In this document: positions 44,201-57,117 of the stretch, piece after piece
How positions within the stretch are numbered: position 1 is the stretch's first letter
How the letters are laid out: each line of letters starts with the position of its first letter
NCBI GenBank assembly: GCA_003344405.1
Contig: NOWV01000152.1
Coordinates: 124,001 to 184,740 of the forward strand
Origin: Trichoplax sp. H2
Lineage: Eukaryota
Reading direction: 5' to 3'
DNA: 60,740 bases
Notes under the pieces: model-generated
The model's database searches: none
The model's input: only the letters and a program-made list of their open reading frames with translations
What the model was told of the DNA's origin: nothing
Position numbers and translations under genes: made by a program

Positions 44201-47200
44201 GGTAGAAATGAGATAAAAATAGAAGTTGTTANNNNNNNNNNNNNNNNNNNNGCTAACTAAAAAGAAGAAAGTTATTACTAGCCAGTTATCATGATATTAA
44301 TAAACGGGCCAAAGACTTAGAAGATCAGATTATCGTCTAGTATTGAGATAGAAACAGAGATTTACTTATTTTATATTAATTGTAAACCGCACATGATGGA
44401 AATATAGTTTATTTCGGTTACTTGAACAATGATCACAATATTTCTATACAGTATCATAGTTACTATTTCAAATTAAAATTATCCTGGCTATAAATATTAG
44501 TATTTTAAGATACTTGCAAGTCTAAGTCTTTGGAATCACCCGACAAGACGGACTTTAATTTTGGCAAGCTCTTTAATGGATTTCCATCAAATTTCCTAGT
44601 TAAAGTAATTAAATGAAGTTATCAACCTAGTCGCATTAATATTGGTGCGTCAAATAAGTCTATTAATGCGATAAAAGTAATTATAAAATATTAATGCAAG
44701 GTCAAATTTTGTATTACTTACGCTGACATTAGAGAAGATACATTGGATAATAAACCATCAGATAGCTTTGAAATTTGATTCGATCGGACATTACTAGACG
44801 ATGAGTTGCGAAAGAACGATTTTGGAGCGTTAAAATATTGGTAACCATAAATTATGAGGAATAAAATATTTGATTTTCTTACAAAATGATTATTTTAATG
44901 ATGGAAAGCTACAGTACTAACAGATGTTTCAATTTAGAGAGTCCCTGGAAATGTTTTCGCGTCAGGTTAGTTAGGAGATTCTCATCTAAATTACTATAGT
45001 CAATGGCTCAATTTAGAATTAAATGGTGAATTGGAGATACAATGAATCTGTTTTATAATTTATTGTCAACCACATAAACTCAACACCAGTATGCTTAATT
45101 TCGGCAAAAACAAATTATAGACCAATTAAATTGATATTATTGAAATAATATGTTTGTAAAGTGTCTTGTCCGGAATCTCAGCTCTGTAATAAGGTTCAAT
45201 TCTAATTTGATAACTTATGTTTCTCTAANNNNNNNNNNNNNNNNNNNNCTAACTTAGTGTTTAACGTAAAATACGAGGCGTTTAAGTCTTTGTGTAGTCT
45301 GCTAGTAGAGCAAAAGTGTTTGTGATAGTGCAGATATCGTTCCTTGATACGTGGTTCAAGGAATTGACTTATTGATCGTATATTGCGTTATCTTGTTGCA
45401 AAGCTGTTTTGTGACAGAGATACAATGAATCTGTTTTATAATTTATTGTCAACCACATAAACTCAACACCAGTATGCTTAATTTCGGCAAAAACAGATTA
45501 TAGACCAATTAAATTGATATTATTGAAATAATATGTTTGTAAAGTGTCTTGTCCGGAATCTCAGCTCTGTAATAAGGTTCAATTCTAATTTGATAACTTA
45601 TGTTTCTCTAAGCTGAATAAACAAATAAACTATAGAATGATGAGGAAATTAACTTGGAAAAACATCGCATATTATATTATTAATGGTTTATCAAATGGAT
45701 TTTGGTGTTACTTATTTCAGATTCTTGTAAATTACTAATAATCCACACTATATCAGAATTCATAAAACAGATAATATACTTAATACAAGTATATACGTAA
45801 AATGTACTTGCATTGTGTAATATGTAAGATATGATTAACTCCATCCTGTAATCTACGTTATTTTGGAACTGGATGATTCCATAACTTACAGATTAGTTAC
45901 GGCTTTTACTGATAAAAAGGCTTCTTCCGAAATATGTGAAATTTTACAACCATATAAGCTCCTAAATACGAAGAAATAGGTAATAAAACGACTTATATTA
46001 AAGAATTATTTTATTTCGATCACTAAATTACGAGACTACCAAATATTAAAAGGGAGAAGAAAAATAAAGATCTGCTTGAGACTTTGAACTAAAGATGGAT
46101 AGAATTTGGCTTTCAAGTAAGATATATTTTCTTTGAGTATCTTTCTCAGACTCCATTATTACAGATATCTTCTATTGCTAACTATGAATTAGAATTGCAT
46201 TAAAATACTAAGACCTATTTTCATTAAAATTTCCTAAGAATTTGTAATTGCCTTATGGCAATAAATTAATCAATACAGCTAAAATAGATTAATTTCTAGC
46301 TATAAGATATTGATTGAAGATAGCTTAATGCTTTTAATTTACTTTGAACAATGCTATATTATGAATTACTTCAATTAAGCATTGCTTCGACATACAAAGA
46401 TGCCTTAGTTATTTCTATTATTTCCAAACCTCTGGTTTTAAAACTTACAGTATGTGTACTTGATTCAATCCCAAAAATGTTTCTTCGCTTAGATTGCGAA
46501 GCAAGTTTGTTGAGAGATCTCTAAATAAAATTAAACAATTAGAGGGATCGTAGGCTCACCGGTTTATGATATGATAATTTTAATTCATGTTGGCAAACCA
46601 ATCAATAGACTAACATTTCATACAGATTATTCAAGTCCTCAAAACTTCTATCTTCGATTGTCATCATACCGTTACTGAATAAATGTCTATATCATGGGTA
46701 TTAATAGTTATGATTGAGGTTAATTTACCGTAAAGGAGGTACGCTTATCTAAGTAATCTGTTTCAAAGATATTGATAGAACTGAAAAGGTTACTACATTT
46801 ACAAATAAACTGAAATTTAGAATTTAAACAACTTACAGTTGCAGTAGCTTATTTAATCCCTTAAATTGGCTTTGCTTGATATTTTTAAGGTTATTATTTT
46901 GTAGTTTTCTATAATTTTAAACCACAGGGAAACTTTTATTTGTTATAAAAGTTCTATTACTTCCAATACAATTACTTATAGTAGAATTAAAAATATTCTG
47001 CTAATTTTGTCGGCTATAAACCGGTCCGCGAATTAAAATTTTATAATGTAGCATACAATATTCCAAGCTCCGTCAAGTTTTGAAATGAGCCAGGCTCGAT
47101 GTCGGTCAGTTCGTTTCTATTTATATATCTGAATACCCCAAAATTTAAGTTTTCAGAAAGATTATTTAAATAAAAGCCAGATAGGTTTCATTAACTTAAA

Positions 47201-50200
47201 TTTAGTTCCTAATATCCGTTATTACTTACAAGGATTTTAAAGATTGCAAACCACTAAGGCTATGTAATCCGATACTGATAATCTTATTACCGGTTAGCTT
47301 TCTATATATAAGATCAATTTACTTATCAATTATGACAATTTACCAACGCTGTTACTTATATGAATAAGCTAATGATACCTATTAGTACTTACAGTGTCTC
47401 TAATCTTGTTAGTTTAACGAATGCTTTCTTAGGTAAGGCATTTATTAGATTTGATGTTAAATCACTATTGATATTAAATTTCATTCGTTGCGAAATAGGC
47501 GCAATCAAAATAAATTGATTATTCAATTCACGATTACTGAAAAGTTTTAGATATATAACGATTATCCACTAACAGGGATTCTAAGTTTGTTAATTCATCA
47601 AATGCATCTTCATGTATAAACCATAAATGATTTGCAGACATTTCCCTAAATTTATTCATTTGTGACAAATAACAGCAGATAGTAAGTTTTACATGACTTA
47701 TAATAATTTAATGAACACCTGAAAATTTATCGATAATTTGTTACATACAAAGTTTTTAGGTTATCCAAACCCAGAAACAAGCTTGCGTTTAATACTTCTA
47801 GATTATTGTAATTCAAATTCCTATTCGTGCAGCAAAAGTAAAATTTTCATCGCATTAAGTGAATTTTAAAGTGAATTACAAATAATTTACATCAAATTGG
47901 TTAAACTTAAGGGATTCATCATGCTACAGGTATTGCAGTAGGTCTTAGTTACTAATTGGCAATCGTATTTAATAATTGCTTCTAGTTAATGGCTTCTAAT
48001 TTTTCGATGATTATTTTAAAAATACTAGGAGTTTTAATAACTTTAATGATAATGATGAACATTAAGTACTTATTTCTATTGTTTCATTTTACCAGACAAA
48101 CTGTTACCACTATGCCTCATGATCAATAGTAGGTTTATCAATTACAGAAATCTCGACATGAATATGTAGACTATTTTTTTATTGCATACAAAAACTTATT
48201 TAATCATAACAAAATTGAAATAGCTTTTAAATTTCTAAACAACAAGTCAATATCACGAATAATTAGGAATATACTGTACACTGGTACGAATAGGATGAAA
48301 AAGTTATGTAAATGATATTTACTATTAAAGTAACTCCATTAACTAAATACTTACAGTGATTTAGCTTTGTAATTTGATTGAAACAAGTTCCTTTCAATAG
48401 TATCTATCTCGTTTGATGGCAATTGGCTGATAGGTATGAAGAATGATTAGTATTAATTTGTATATTATGAGTCGAGGGACAGTGCTACAAATATGCTAAT
48501 GAAAAATTAAAATCTTTAGATTAGAAATTATGATAAAGCAGATGACACTACTGCTGGAGAAAGTGCAATAAAGTGATGAAGCTACAAGATATCCTAAATT
48601 ATGCGATAAACTTACATAGTAGTCAATTGTTTTAAGTTGGCAAAGGTTCCACTATAAAGTTTTACTATATTGTTATTTTCTAACATTCTATAACGAAATG
48701 ATGATAATAGGCATATAATTACAATACTGCAGAACATGAATAAAACTGCCAAAATTAGTTACATTTTGCCGATTGATTGTAGTTTTTGAAAGGCTTGAGG
48801 ATGGATATCAGTTATCTTATTATTATTTAGATCTCTAATAGCAAAAATGAGATATAAATATGACCAACGAATTATTATTGCCTTATAAGATACTTATCTA
48901 TGTAAGTGTAGAAATTTCAATATTACAGAAACGTGAAACCTACAATTTGTTTATTTTAGCAATATATCCTAGCGAGTATTGTGAAATTTGCGTCATAGAG
49001 TTGGTATCCATAGAGCTATATTTTAAAGTAAGCGACAATCTTCTTAATTTTGATAAAATAACAGTAATGTTGTATAAATATAAGCTTTAATTTTCATGTT
49101 TTAGATGCTATTATTATTAAGTAAGTGGCTTTATTAAGCTAGCTTATTGTTGGTCACAGTGTAATGAGTTTACACTGTTAGGCTTCTACTGCTATTGATC
49201 CGATCGAAAGTTTCCGGTTGGATCGTTTCGATGTGATTTGTATCTAGCCTTCTATTGAATTAAGAAATATGCATGTCAACGTTAATAAGGCAATGGACGT
49301 ATTATTGCATTAAATACGAAAGATTTGCACATTTGGCTAGAATCATAATTTTGTTTCATTTACTAAACAATGGCAATGACGTCAGGTATAATGCTTTATT
49401 CTTACATCGTTATGAGGTTGCTCAAATTTTGAAAAGTTCCAGATTTTAATTCTATTATAGAATTGAACCCTAAATTGCTAATTGAAAAAATTATCGTCGT
49501 ATTATATAAACGGAGAAAAGAAAACAAAAAGGCAGAGCTTCCATATTTCGGCTAACATCGTTTGTATATATTGCAGATCGGTGAAGGCTTGAAAATGAAT
49601 TCCACTTATTGAATTCCTGTATAAATTCCTAATGTATTGATATATTGAACGGTTCTTTCATTAAGTATTAAATAGTAAAATACGTATTTAAACAAGTTAT
49701 AGTAACACTGTTTTTGTATTCTGACGTTTGAGGTAAAGTTAATGCTATAGTATTTCAAACTGTGGATGTATAGTTATAGTATATTATCTCATAGCAAAAT
49801 GCTCGATAGAATTATACACTTATCATAGAAATGCAATTATAGTTAAATGTACATAAATTTGAATATTAATTGCTTACAAGACTTTCAAATTCGGCGTATT
49901 TCTAAATGCTCCAGCCGGAATAATTTCAATGTTGTTATTGGATAAGTCTCTATAATAAGTAAGAATGCTTAATATTAGGTTAGTACTAAGGTTAAGTCAC
50001 TGCTATTATCTGTCAAAATTTTGTATTTATAAACTGATTTGTAGACAGACAGTTTGGGCATAAATCTTCAGAACATAATAAATCATAATTTTAAATTCCG
50101 ATACATGCGTAAGTAAAACTGAATGTAGTATATTTTATATGATGCACAATAGTATCGATAATTTTAAAACCTATAATAAATATGATAGTGTCAAAGTGTG

Positions 50201-53200
50201 TACTTCCAAACTAGGCATTTTTTAATCACTAGATATTTCGTGCAAAATCTTTACCTTATCTTTAATTAAATTATTTATGAAATCTGTTACTTTGGTGTAA
50301 TGTAACTAGTATTGTGATTGTAGACTGCTAGCCATGTTTAGTATAATGTACGGTAGATATTATCCTAAGATATATTTGGTAGCTATAACTATAGACTATA
50401 GTGGTATAGACTCTATGCTAGAGTACAGATGACTATATACAGCAAGGTGTTGAGTTACTAATAAGGCTATAGGTAAAAATAGAACTGTAAATCATATATT
50501 AGGATATGGTTAATTCATTGTACTTTGGTTGATGTGAATAATGTCTACATAAGTACTGTAGTCGTATCCATATTGGATTAATGATGGTCCGCAGTAGAAT
50601 AATCTGACTAAGAATAATTTAACTATGTGTAATATAAGGTAAAAGGTTGCCATGCGAATTGTAGCTGCGAATGCTACGAAAAGTATAAAAGCATGCAACT
50701 TTAGATTATTCAGTTAGTCCGTTCTAGAAGTCTTTAGTAGTAGTATTCGGCTAGAGTAGAGCTGTGTAGTTAATCTTTGTATAAGATTCAATAAAGCCCT
50801 TGTTTTTCAAAAATTTGGAATCTAATGATTGGTATATATCACATTTGGGCATAAAGTTTCAGAATGTAGCGAATTATAAGTATGAATTCCGATATATGGG
50901 TGAGTAAAACCACATGCAGTATATTGTATATGATATATAATAACATCCAAAATTTTCTTAAGCCTATAATCAGCATGATAGAATAAATTCAGATAGTTGA
51001 ATAGAAATAAACCAAAAACCAACTTAAAATTTTAGCCCTTTAAAAATTGAACTTTGCTTGATTTGCACATCTTATGAAGTAGCTTTAAATAGCAGCAGTA
51101 ATATGAGGTTGTTGTCATGAACTAGCTCAGAGTACCTGCAACTATCAGTAAGTGTTTCTCAAAAGTTGTGTTTTTATCTGGAGACTAGATGAAGTACTGC
51201 ATAATAAAGTAGTTTTAATTCTAATACCTACAGGATAGTGTTCCTTTCAAGGACGAGAGTCTACAATCGATAAAGCTAAATAGTAGACTAATTGAGAATT
51301 TACTGTAACTAGTCTTACTTTATAGATGAAATTATAGCTAGGTATTATTTGAAAATGTGATTATCAGATTAATGTATTACTCAATAAAAAATGAATAATT
51401 CTGAGCTCACAGTGTGGTAAGATTTCTTAGTTCTGCTGGCAATACTTTAGCTATGCTGTAGACGTAGTTGTTACCTAAATCCCTAGAAGTTAGAAACGAT
51501 CATTAATGTACAACATCCAATTATTTATGCGAAAATGCTTAAGGAAAAATCGAAATTTAACTCAAATGTTGGCAAAAGGAGCAGATAGTTTTTTATATCA
51601 GACTGCTATAAAATGGATTCTGGTATATATTGAACAGGTAGTATCATTGAGATAGTTTAATACACTAAATATAATGCAAAATCAGTTCATGTCATCGGCG
51701 GCTTACAGTTCTGTCAACCAGTCCTCGCTCGAATTGGTTACGTGTATGGTAAATGTCGGGATATTATTACTACCTATTTCTCTGTATGCCAATGAAACCG
51801 AAAAGTTATAGTAAATAAGGCACAAGCTGTATCTCTGGAGATATAACTTGGTACATGGGATAATAGATAGCTAACTACTTATATAGGATAAACTTACAAT
51901 TTTCCAACGTAATTTTTATATTCCAGTAGCTTTGTATAGTCAAAATCATACAGATCGTTGTTATTTAGCTTGCTAATATAAAAAATGAGAGGAAAACAAT
52001 TAGTACCAAATTTACTATTAAAACTGTTTTGGTGTAACTATTTTAATCGCTACTAATGTAGGACTATACATGAATTAGACTTTATCTCTTTATTGCAGTT
52101 ACATTGTAGTCGGTGTTGCTGAAGTACCAACATGGTAAAGCCATCCATCACTAAGAGACATCAATTCATTATTATCCAATGCTCTAATCGAAAATAAAAA
52201 TAAATTACTACATTCAATAGAATCTTACTTCTAAAGGGTGAGATCAAAACTGGAAATGCGGATAGGTACGATTAGATACTGGTATTGAAGCAATTGGATT
52301 TCAATATCAATAAAAGAGAAGTAACGAGTGTAGTTTTTCTTAATAAATAAGATAACTTCTATGGAGATAAAGTATATTTGCATAATCATGCCGTTAACAC
52401 GAATAAATTTAAGTTCAACTTTTCTAAATAGTTTTACTAGTAAAACTTGGTATCGAAAGGAACAAAGAAATGCATACTATAGTTATCCAGTATTTAGCAA
52501 TAATTGGCATAAGGCGTACCAAAACGTTATAATTGATAAATCTTATAATAAAAGATAGAGAGATGAATCAGAAATGAACTCTCGAATGCAATACATTAGA
52601 GTATTTAAATTAAGGATCTCATTGAAAATTCTTGAAGCGCTTTCATAGAACTAGTGTACAACTGCTTGAAATTTTATTATGGCCAATTTACGATTTAATA
52701 TCTGAGTACCGATAATATTTGGCTACAATAATTTTCGCCTAAAAGCTAACTCTTAAAAAGATAATTTATTGATTAGCTATAATATAAATTTTTCGTAGAT
52801 AACTTACTGTGATAGAGGATAGTGTTTTACTAACTTTAGCAAAAAAGACCGAATTTAATCCAGGTGAAGTAAGCTAGATCTCACAACAATTTACGTTAAA
52901 GTAAGACTCCTAATTTAATATTAAAGTAATGGTCTACCTGAAAAGTACTAGCTTATTCAACTGCGAAAGTTTTGAAACTACTTCCTATTAGTTGTAGTTT
53001 GAGATATTATTTAGATAATTTTATTGATAAAGAAATTTACGATTACAGTAGTATGATATGTAAAATTTTATTAACTTACAAATTGTTTAGTGATGGAAGA
53101 AATGAGCAAGAAAAGGAAGTTAAAGCGTTATAGCTTAGGATCCTGAAAGAAATTTAATTTAATATGAATCCGTTTTTGTTGTCGATTTATTGTAACAGTA

Positions 53201-56200
53201 CGATCATAGATAATCTTGGCTTTACATTGATATTAAAATTTAGATAGCTATATAATTATCTTTAGTATGATCTAGAAAATTGTACTATTTTATTAATTAT
53301 TACTTGACTACAAAATAACTTATAGCTGTAACTAAATTTTTAACGAATAGATTACTAATCAATATTTAATTTGTTATAGCTCATCGAAAATTATAAGAAA
53401 AATGCTAACTATGCGTGCTATAGTGTCACGAAAGTAATCTTCGTGACGTATACTTTATTTTTATGTTACGTTCTATAGCTGCTTATTTCTCAGAAATGTT
53501 TAACGGTCTCCTTAATTTTAATTTTAGTGGTTAACAAAATTGATATCCTTAATTTAGGATTACATAAGCTAAAATGGTAATTGCCAACCAGCTAAACTGG
53601 GTTTTATCTATCACCTCCAAGGTTGTTAAAGTTCAAAGTGCAATTCCTAAGCTTAGAGGAAATGTCTTAGTAGGATAACTTTATATGTATCTGTTAAACT
53701 ATTAATAAGCATTGATTATTTTAATACTGTTAAAGTAAATTTAATAGGATTAGACGGTATCTAATCTGTACAGATAGAATCTCTTTAGGGTATCAATTTG
53801 ACTAATTTCTAATCGACAGGTGACTTGTGTAGCTAAACCGGGTTTAGGTCCGAAACCTATATAAACGGCGAGTTCGCCGACAATAAGTTAGATTGTGATT
53901 TTCTAGTAAGTCTTGAAGGTCTCGCTGTGTTAAACCCTGTCTGCCTTGGAATACCAATTGTCTGGTATTCCAAATAATGGTAGTAAAGGATAGAAATCGC
54001 CCTCTCAATCCTTGTTGCAAGTTAGGGATATTCCTAGCTAGTAACACATATTCTCTTCAAAGTCACTATATTACAGCTCCAAAATTATTGAAACCGAATA
54101 CCGTATCTGTAGAGACTATAGTAATAACTCGTCCTCTTTAGTCTAAGCAATAAAATCTACATTTTTTAGCTGCATATCATCCAACACTGAATTAGACGAT
54201 ATCATTTATTGAATTGGCATAGATCAAATCACAGAAATATGTAATATCTATAGTAATGGCCAATGGAAAGTATATATATTACACGCAAGACCTTTAAATA
54301 CATTATTAGCTTCGTTATATTTGTCGTTCAATGTAAAGGATATATTGGCTAGAATTCAGTTATTTTAGGTACAGTACTTACAATTCCTTCAGATTGTACA
54401 AATTAGAGAAGGTGTTTTCATTGATTTTGGAGATTAAATTATAAGATAAATTGCTGAAAAATCATTTACAGTGAAAAAAAATTTTTAGTATTGTAGATTA
54501 ATTTCGGTCAGTTGCCGTCAATAAAACATCTAACGCCAAAGAAATTATTAAGTATTACATATTACTAAGCTAGAACGTTTTACTAATGTATTCGTTAATA
54601 ACAGATACTTTCCATTACATGGTTCTTAATTCTTGAGATAGTTGAAATGCAGTCGACGAAATGGTCTTTATTAAATTGTAGCTTAGATCACTAACATAAA
54701 AGATTGATCAGTTGCAATTACGATTAATCGCCTATAAAAATTCTATAAAATACAGTATGTTATATAATTTCGTTTTAATTTATGTTATCAATCAGAACAA
54801 AAATATTTTCAAAAAGCTTCTTTGCCTTACATATTTTGCACGTTCTCATAGAATGATATTTGTGATTGGCTTATATTGCTGATGTCATTATATTGCATAT
54901 ATCTAATTTGATTGCATGTAAAGAAAATTAGAGAAAAACTAGATGCTAGTCTAAATAGATTTAAAGCAATTAACTTTAGATGATTTGAGGGTCGATTTTA
55001 AGGATATACGAGATAGCATGACTTTTACTACATTTATTACAGATGATTTAAATTATTCTCGTAGTCATACATTTAATAAGGTGGGCACTGGACTAGAAAG
55101 ATGAAAAAATTTATTCCGTAGCAATCGGCTAAGATATTATATAGACGTTCTGCTTTAAGTGTGAGTTATGACATTTTTTTACAGCCATTGGAAGCTCAAT
55201 AACGTACCAGAGTAAGTACTAGGGTGCGTAAATAGCTGAAATTATTTGTTATTAAATTACTAATTAATTCTTTAGCGTGATCTCAAAGCCTAAACATATA
55301 AGTAATAAATGATTAATTTAAAATTAGATCAAATAGCTAAGAACACCGTAATATTTAAAACATTAGATCATGACCAATACGGTATTGAGTTATTGATGCT
55401 ACTGCTGGATGGGCTATCTGTAATAAGCTAGGCAAATTTTCGTTTGTATTGAGCTACCTATCTTGATACTGCTACATTAAGATTTACAACAAGGTGAAAA
55501 TAAATTTAATTTTTCATTATAGCGACATTAGTGAGTGACACTACTTATGAAACTGTGGTAAAAACCGTAATATTGTAAAAGGTTGAAGATTACAAAATTT
55601 CGCAAATTAATTTTTATGAATCAGCTATGTATCATTACTTTGAATACGCCCATTTTTGAGCGATTTTTGAAACTGTTTAAAATTGATATTAACAAAGCGG
55701 GTAATGATTCTGAGTTATTAATTTATGTCAAGACCTACATTTGAATGACATCAAAGGCACTGAAATTGCCTCCTATGGGAATACTTTTAAGTTCTACGCT
55801 CTTGCATCGAATGGTTATTTTCGTACCATAACATGTACAATTGGTAAAACACGTTGAAAAATCTGGAAATGGCCAAAAAGAGGAATAACACGTCATGTTA
55901 ATCATGACTATTACTTATGATGAGCTTGAAGCGATTAGAATAATATTTTTGCCTTGTGATCTTAATATACTACAATATAAATATTCTAATATCAGACCAT
56001 AACCAGGAACTCCTAAAAAAATTCAGCTTATTTCTTTGGAGTCCCTGTTATAACACTATGAGCATTCAAAATAGTAACAATAACGAATTTATTCCTATTG
56101 GAAAGACAAGGCCTTATTAATTTGTTTTACATGGATAAAATTTAGAAAAGCAATAGGAATCTCCAGTTACGATAAAATCTGTAGTTAAATTGGCAAGATA

Positions 56201-57117
56201 TACCTGCAGGCTTAATTTTAACAGTTCTTTAACGAATATCTTGAGTGACTAATTAGATCAGAAAAGTATTTATAGTCTATTTTCAACGCTATTTAATATT
56301 GAACATTATTTAGTAAGCGGCGTAGAAAAGTTTAATTGCAATCTTAATAAATGACGTTACCGGCAGCTTGTTTGTTGACTATCAGATTATTTATATTTTG
56401 CGATAGTGCGCTATAGTTGATTCATATTTTCTTGGTTATAGCTAAAGTATCCAATTATTTTATTCTAAAAATTTTAGCCTTAGTATTCTGGCTTATAAGT
56501 ATGTAAGATACGGAATCGTTGCTAAACTATAAGAAGTAGAATCCTACTATTGTGTGTTAACTTAAAAAATAGATCTATTTGACTACCTTGGCTGCTTATA
56601 AAAAATGATATTTTCACCAATCACACGCAAACACTGAGATAACGCTACAGGGATAGTACATCAGTTTATTTATGTTAATGTCTTCTTTCCATCAATCAAG
56701 TGCTTAGCAAATCCTTTTTTACCAGATACATTAAGTTGCTTATTTGTTAATAAATCAGAAAGAAAAGATAGCAGCTTCATCGTTTTCTGATTAATAGATA
56801 CTGAATCCGTTTTAAACATTTAAAATAGTATAAATGTGCGAGCTGAGTAAAATGAATTACTTAGCATTTACATTATATAAATTCGTTTTGTTAGTACACT
56901 AAAAAAAATGCAAATTGAAGGTTGTATCCTAATTATTTACGCGTTAATTTAATCGCTCATAAATCATTTAACTTATGTGATGATGATAAATTGCAAGGTA
57001 AAACGATAAGCAAGTAAATAAGCCCTACTTACTTAGAAACGGCAGAGAGTGGGATGTTATACACATTGTAAAGATTATTACTAGCCAATTAAAGCAGAAT
57101 AAACTTGATTTACTCAT
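35246..57117 (-). CDS. Giant leucine-rich-repeat class-A GPCR (LGR-like; 7TM and hinge resemble type-C RXFP/GRL101 receptors, no LDLa seen); ~51 coding exons, roughly 1600 aa
   Basis: Signal-peptide exon 57033-57117 (MSKSSLFCFNWLVIIFTMCI...) and Cys-rich LRRNT exon ~55739-55863 (CFTNCTCYGTKITIRC). About 48 phase-2 exons between 36843 and 54902 each encode one xLxxNxL/I...F..L..L..L repeat, e.g. 36843-36914, 40272-40343, 48355-48426, 54382-54453. Terminal exon 35246-36338 encodes the hinge YLCC..CQP..STCHNLL and the 7TM (IGNILV, NLAIAD, SLDRW, TDLISWLP, LPINSAVNPCLY). Exon count is by eye and may be off by a few. Confidence 0.88.
44090..44231. mobile_element. Start of an LTR-like insertion (TGTCAC...) truncated by an assembly gap
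   Basis: Flank 43948-44089 is repeated at 44252-44392 without this sequence. The insertion begins TGTCACGG. Confidence 0.55.
45249..45416 (+). mobile_element. 3' part of a family-A LTR-like element, truncated by an assembly gap
   Basis: Matches ~33505-33667 and ~59742-59913. Ends TGTGACA directly before GAGAT, and the empty site is seen at 45031-45038. Confidence 0.75.
50296..50843 (+). mobile_element. Solo LTR, family B, with perfect 5-bp TSD TTTGG
   Basis: TTTGG|TGTAAT...ATCACA|TTTGG. TATAAAA at ~50684 followed by AATAAA at ~50790. The first ~335 bp are repeated at 60176-60512. Confidence 0.85.

Noticed and set aside
44390-44443. Extra GPCR exon after the gap
   Set aside because: No phase-2 boundary with a good donor and no LRR pattern. 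The flanking exons splice in frame without it.
50510-50698. Similar ORFs at 50510-50698 and 60391-60597
   Set aside because: The similarity comes from the two family-B LTR copies and shows no protein-like features.
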